Shown here: positions 62,133-64,000 of the stretch, piece after piece
Position numbering within the stretch: the stretch's first letter is position 1
How the letters are laid out: the number at the start of each line of letters is the position of its first letter
From: an uncultured Acidobacteriota bacterium
GTDB lineage: Bacteria > Acidobacteriota > Thermoanaerobaculia > UBA5066
Direction of reading: 5' to 3'
Length of the DNA: 64,000 bases
NCBI GenBank assembly: GCA_963779415.1
Contig: CAVZYA010000002.1
Coordinates: 1,664,001-1,728,000, forward strand
Made by a program: the position numbers and the translations under genes
Notes under the pieces: model-generated
Seen by the model: the letters and a program-made list of their open reading frames with translations, nothing else
Databases searched by the model: none
What the model was told of the DNA's origin: nothing

Positions 62133-64000
62133 TCAGCGCGAGACGCGGGCGAGGGCGCGCAGGACCTCGGCGACGCTCCACGCTTGTGCCGGACAGCCGC
62201 CCGGACGGTGGGGAGGGTCGCCGTCGAACAGCTCCGGGAGCTGGCCGACCCCCTCCGCGGGGAGGAAGTCGAGCAGAGGCCGGAGAAGCGCGCGCACTTC
62301 CGCGCGCGTCCGGGGCGAGTCCCCTTTCACCCGGAGAAGGGCGTCCACGAAGGGGCCGAGAAGCCAGGGCCAGACGGTCCCCTGGTGGTAGGCGCGGTCG
62401 CGCGCCCCGGCGTCCCCGTCGTACCGCCCGACGTAGCGCGGATCCCTCGGAGAGAGCGTCCGGAGACCGTACGGCGTCAGGAGATCGCGGGTCACGACCG
62501 CAAGGACGCTCCGGGCCATCTCCTCGTCCAGCATCGAGTGCGGAAGCGAGGCCGCGAAGAGCTGGTTCGGCCGGATCGACGGGTCGCGGGTGCCGCCGTC
62601 CACGACGTCGAAAAGTCCGCCACCTCGTTCGTCCGGGAAAAGGCGAAGAAAGCTCTCTCTCGCCTGCGCCGCCATCGCGCCGAATCGCGCGGCGGCGGCG
62701 GCCTCGCCGAAGCGGCCCGCAAGCTCTTCCATCGTCCGGAGGGCGTTGAACCAGAGCGCCTCCACTTCGACCGGCTTTCCCCGGCGCGGCGTGACGGGCT
62801 CGCCGTCCACGCGGGCATCCATCCAGGTCAACGCCACGCCCGGAGCGCCGGAGACGAGGAGGCCATCCGTATCGAGGTGTATGCCGAATCGCGTCCCCGC
62901 GACATGCCGGTCGAGGACCTCCGAAAGGACCCCCCAGAGACGCTGGCGGACCCATTCGGCGTCGCCGGTGGCCTCGACGAACCGCCGAACCGCCTCGATG
63001 AACCAGAGCGTCGCATCGACGGCGTTGTACCCGGGGGAACCGTCCTCGTCGGGGAAGTGGCTCGGCACCATCCCCTCGCTCGCGTGCCGGGCCCAAGAGA
63101 AGAGGATCTTCCGCGCCATCTCCGGCCGTCCGGTCGCGAGCGTCAGGCCCGGGAGGGAGATCATGGCGTCGCGCCCCCAGTCGGAGAACCACGGATACCC
63201 CGCGATGACCGTCGTCCCGCCGTCGCGCGCGACGAGGAACTGGTCGGCGGCGCGGGCCAGAAGGGGGAGTGACGGGTACTCTCCCCCGACGGCGAGAGCA
63301 AGCTCTCTTCGGCGCGTCAGCTCGTTCTTTGTCAGAAGGTGAATCTCGGCCGACGTGTGCCGTCGGGTCGATGCGATGACGGTCGCGCCGCGGTGCGCCG
63401 CTCCGGCGAGGTCGAACGTCAGGACGAAGGGCTGGAAGAGGTCCTCGGTGAAGTCGAAGCCCCGCCGGCGCTCCTCGTCGTATTCGAAGGAGCGGTACCA
63501 GTGCCCGGTCAGGGCGAGTCCGCCGTCGTGGGCGACGTGGAGAGGCGGAAGACCGGGGTAGGGAGCCACGGTCGCCGCGCCCGGGTCGACGGCGACGCCC
63601 GGGTCCAGCGCGCCGTTCTCGCGCGTCAGGGCGTGGTGGTCGCGGAAGGCGATGAGGGGGCGGACCTCGAGCCGTGCCGTGCCGGCCGACAGGAGCCGAT
63701 AGCCGACGACCGTCGTGTTCTCTCCATGGACCATGAAGAGCGTCTTTTCGAGCGTCGCGCCGCCGGCTTCGAAGATCCACGTCGGAAAGGGATCGACGCG
63801 GAACCCCCCGAGGAAGCGGTACCCCTCGGGGTGGAGCCCGCCCGGATACCGATTCGTGGAGAGCTCGATCCGCTCGCCCGCGACGACGAGCGTCTCTTCG
63901 AGCCTCGACAGCAGAACTCTCCGACCGGTCGGGGGATGCGTCGGGGCGACGAGGAGCCCGTGATAACGGCGCGTGTTCAGGCACGGGATCGTCGAGGACG
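62133..64000 (-). CDS. amylo-alpha-1,6-glucosidase (glycogen debranching enzyme family), 5' end outside the window
   Basis: TRRYHGLL, IAGYPWFSDWGRD, LTWMDA, IRPNQL, AYHQGTVWPW, QAWSVAE. Confidence 0.92.
   Translation of the reverse strand, partial: SSTIPCLNTRRYHGLLVAPTHPPTGRRVLLSRLEETLVVAGERIELSTNRYPGGLHPEGYRFLGGFRVDPFPTWIFEAGGATLEKTLFMVHGENTTVVGYRLLSAGTARLEVRPLIAFRDHHALTRENGALDPGVAVDPGAATVAPYPGLPPLHVAHDGGLALTGHWYRSFEYDEERRRGFDFTEDLFQPFVLTFDLAGAAHRGATVIASTRRHTSAEIHLLTKNELTRRRELALAVGGEYPSLPLLARAADQFLVARDGGTTVIAGYPWFSDWGRDAMISLPGLTLATGRPEMARKILFSWARHASEGMVPSHFPDEDGSPGYNAVDATLWFIEAVRRFVEATGDAEWVRQRLWGVLSEVLDRHVAGTRFGIHLDTDGLLVSGAPGVALTWMDARVDGEPVTPRRGKPVEVEALWFNALRTMEELAGRFGEAAAAARFGAMAAQARESFLRLFPDERGGGLFDVVDGGTRDPSIRPNQLFAASLPHSMLDEEMARSVLAVVTRDLLTPYGLRTLSPRDPRYVGRYDGDAGARDRAYHQGTVWPWLLGPFVDALLRVKGDSPRTRAEVRALLRPLLDFLPAEGVGQLPELFDGDPPHRPGGCPAQAWSVAEVLRALARVSR

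Overview
High-GC bacterial chromosome segment. Gene content suggests Acidobacteriota, possibly Thermoanaerobaculia-like (inference only). Many single-base frameshifts in conserved genes look like long-read assembly indels. In order, the window holds: a YyaL/DsbD-type gene end; a nitrilase; a full branched-chain amino-acid cluster (leuCD, then a sigma70 promoter with a Val/Leu/Ile leader-peptide attenuator ahead of ilvD-ilvB-ilvN-ilvC-leuA-leuB-ilvE-ilvA); fadBA with an upstream palindromic operator; a truncated Ser/Thr kinase; an operon of dodecin, APC permease, corrinoid protein, homocysteine methyltransferase, activation domain and non-pyrrolysine MttB (candidate methylated-amine-fed, folate-independent methionine synthase); a RAYT transposase bounded by 27-bp inverted repeats; a GMC oxidoreductase; uxs/ugd/epimerase/mlaDFE; plsC-cfa-mrp; a Ski2/HelY-like helicase; a BrnT-type toxin-antitoxin cassette inside a 74-bp duplication of the 3' end of a gamma-glutamyltransferase gene; a low-GC MBL-fold relic; a Cys-type (System I*) ccm cluster; a repeat-rich membrane kinase; vapBC; a DUF692 (MNIO)/DUF2063 RiPP cluster with a Tat-signal, 12-Cys repeat precursor; and a partial glycogen debranching enzyme. 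No rRNA, tRNA or CRISPR array was seen.
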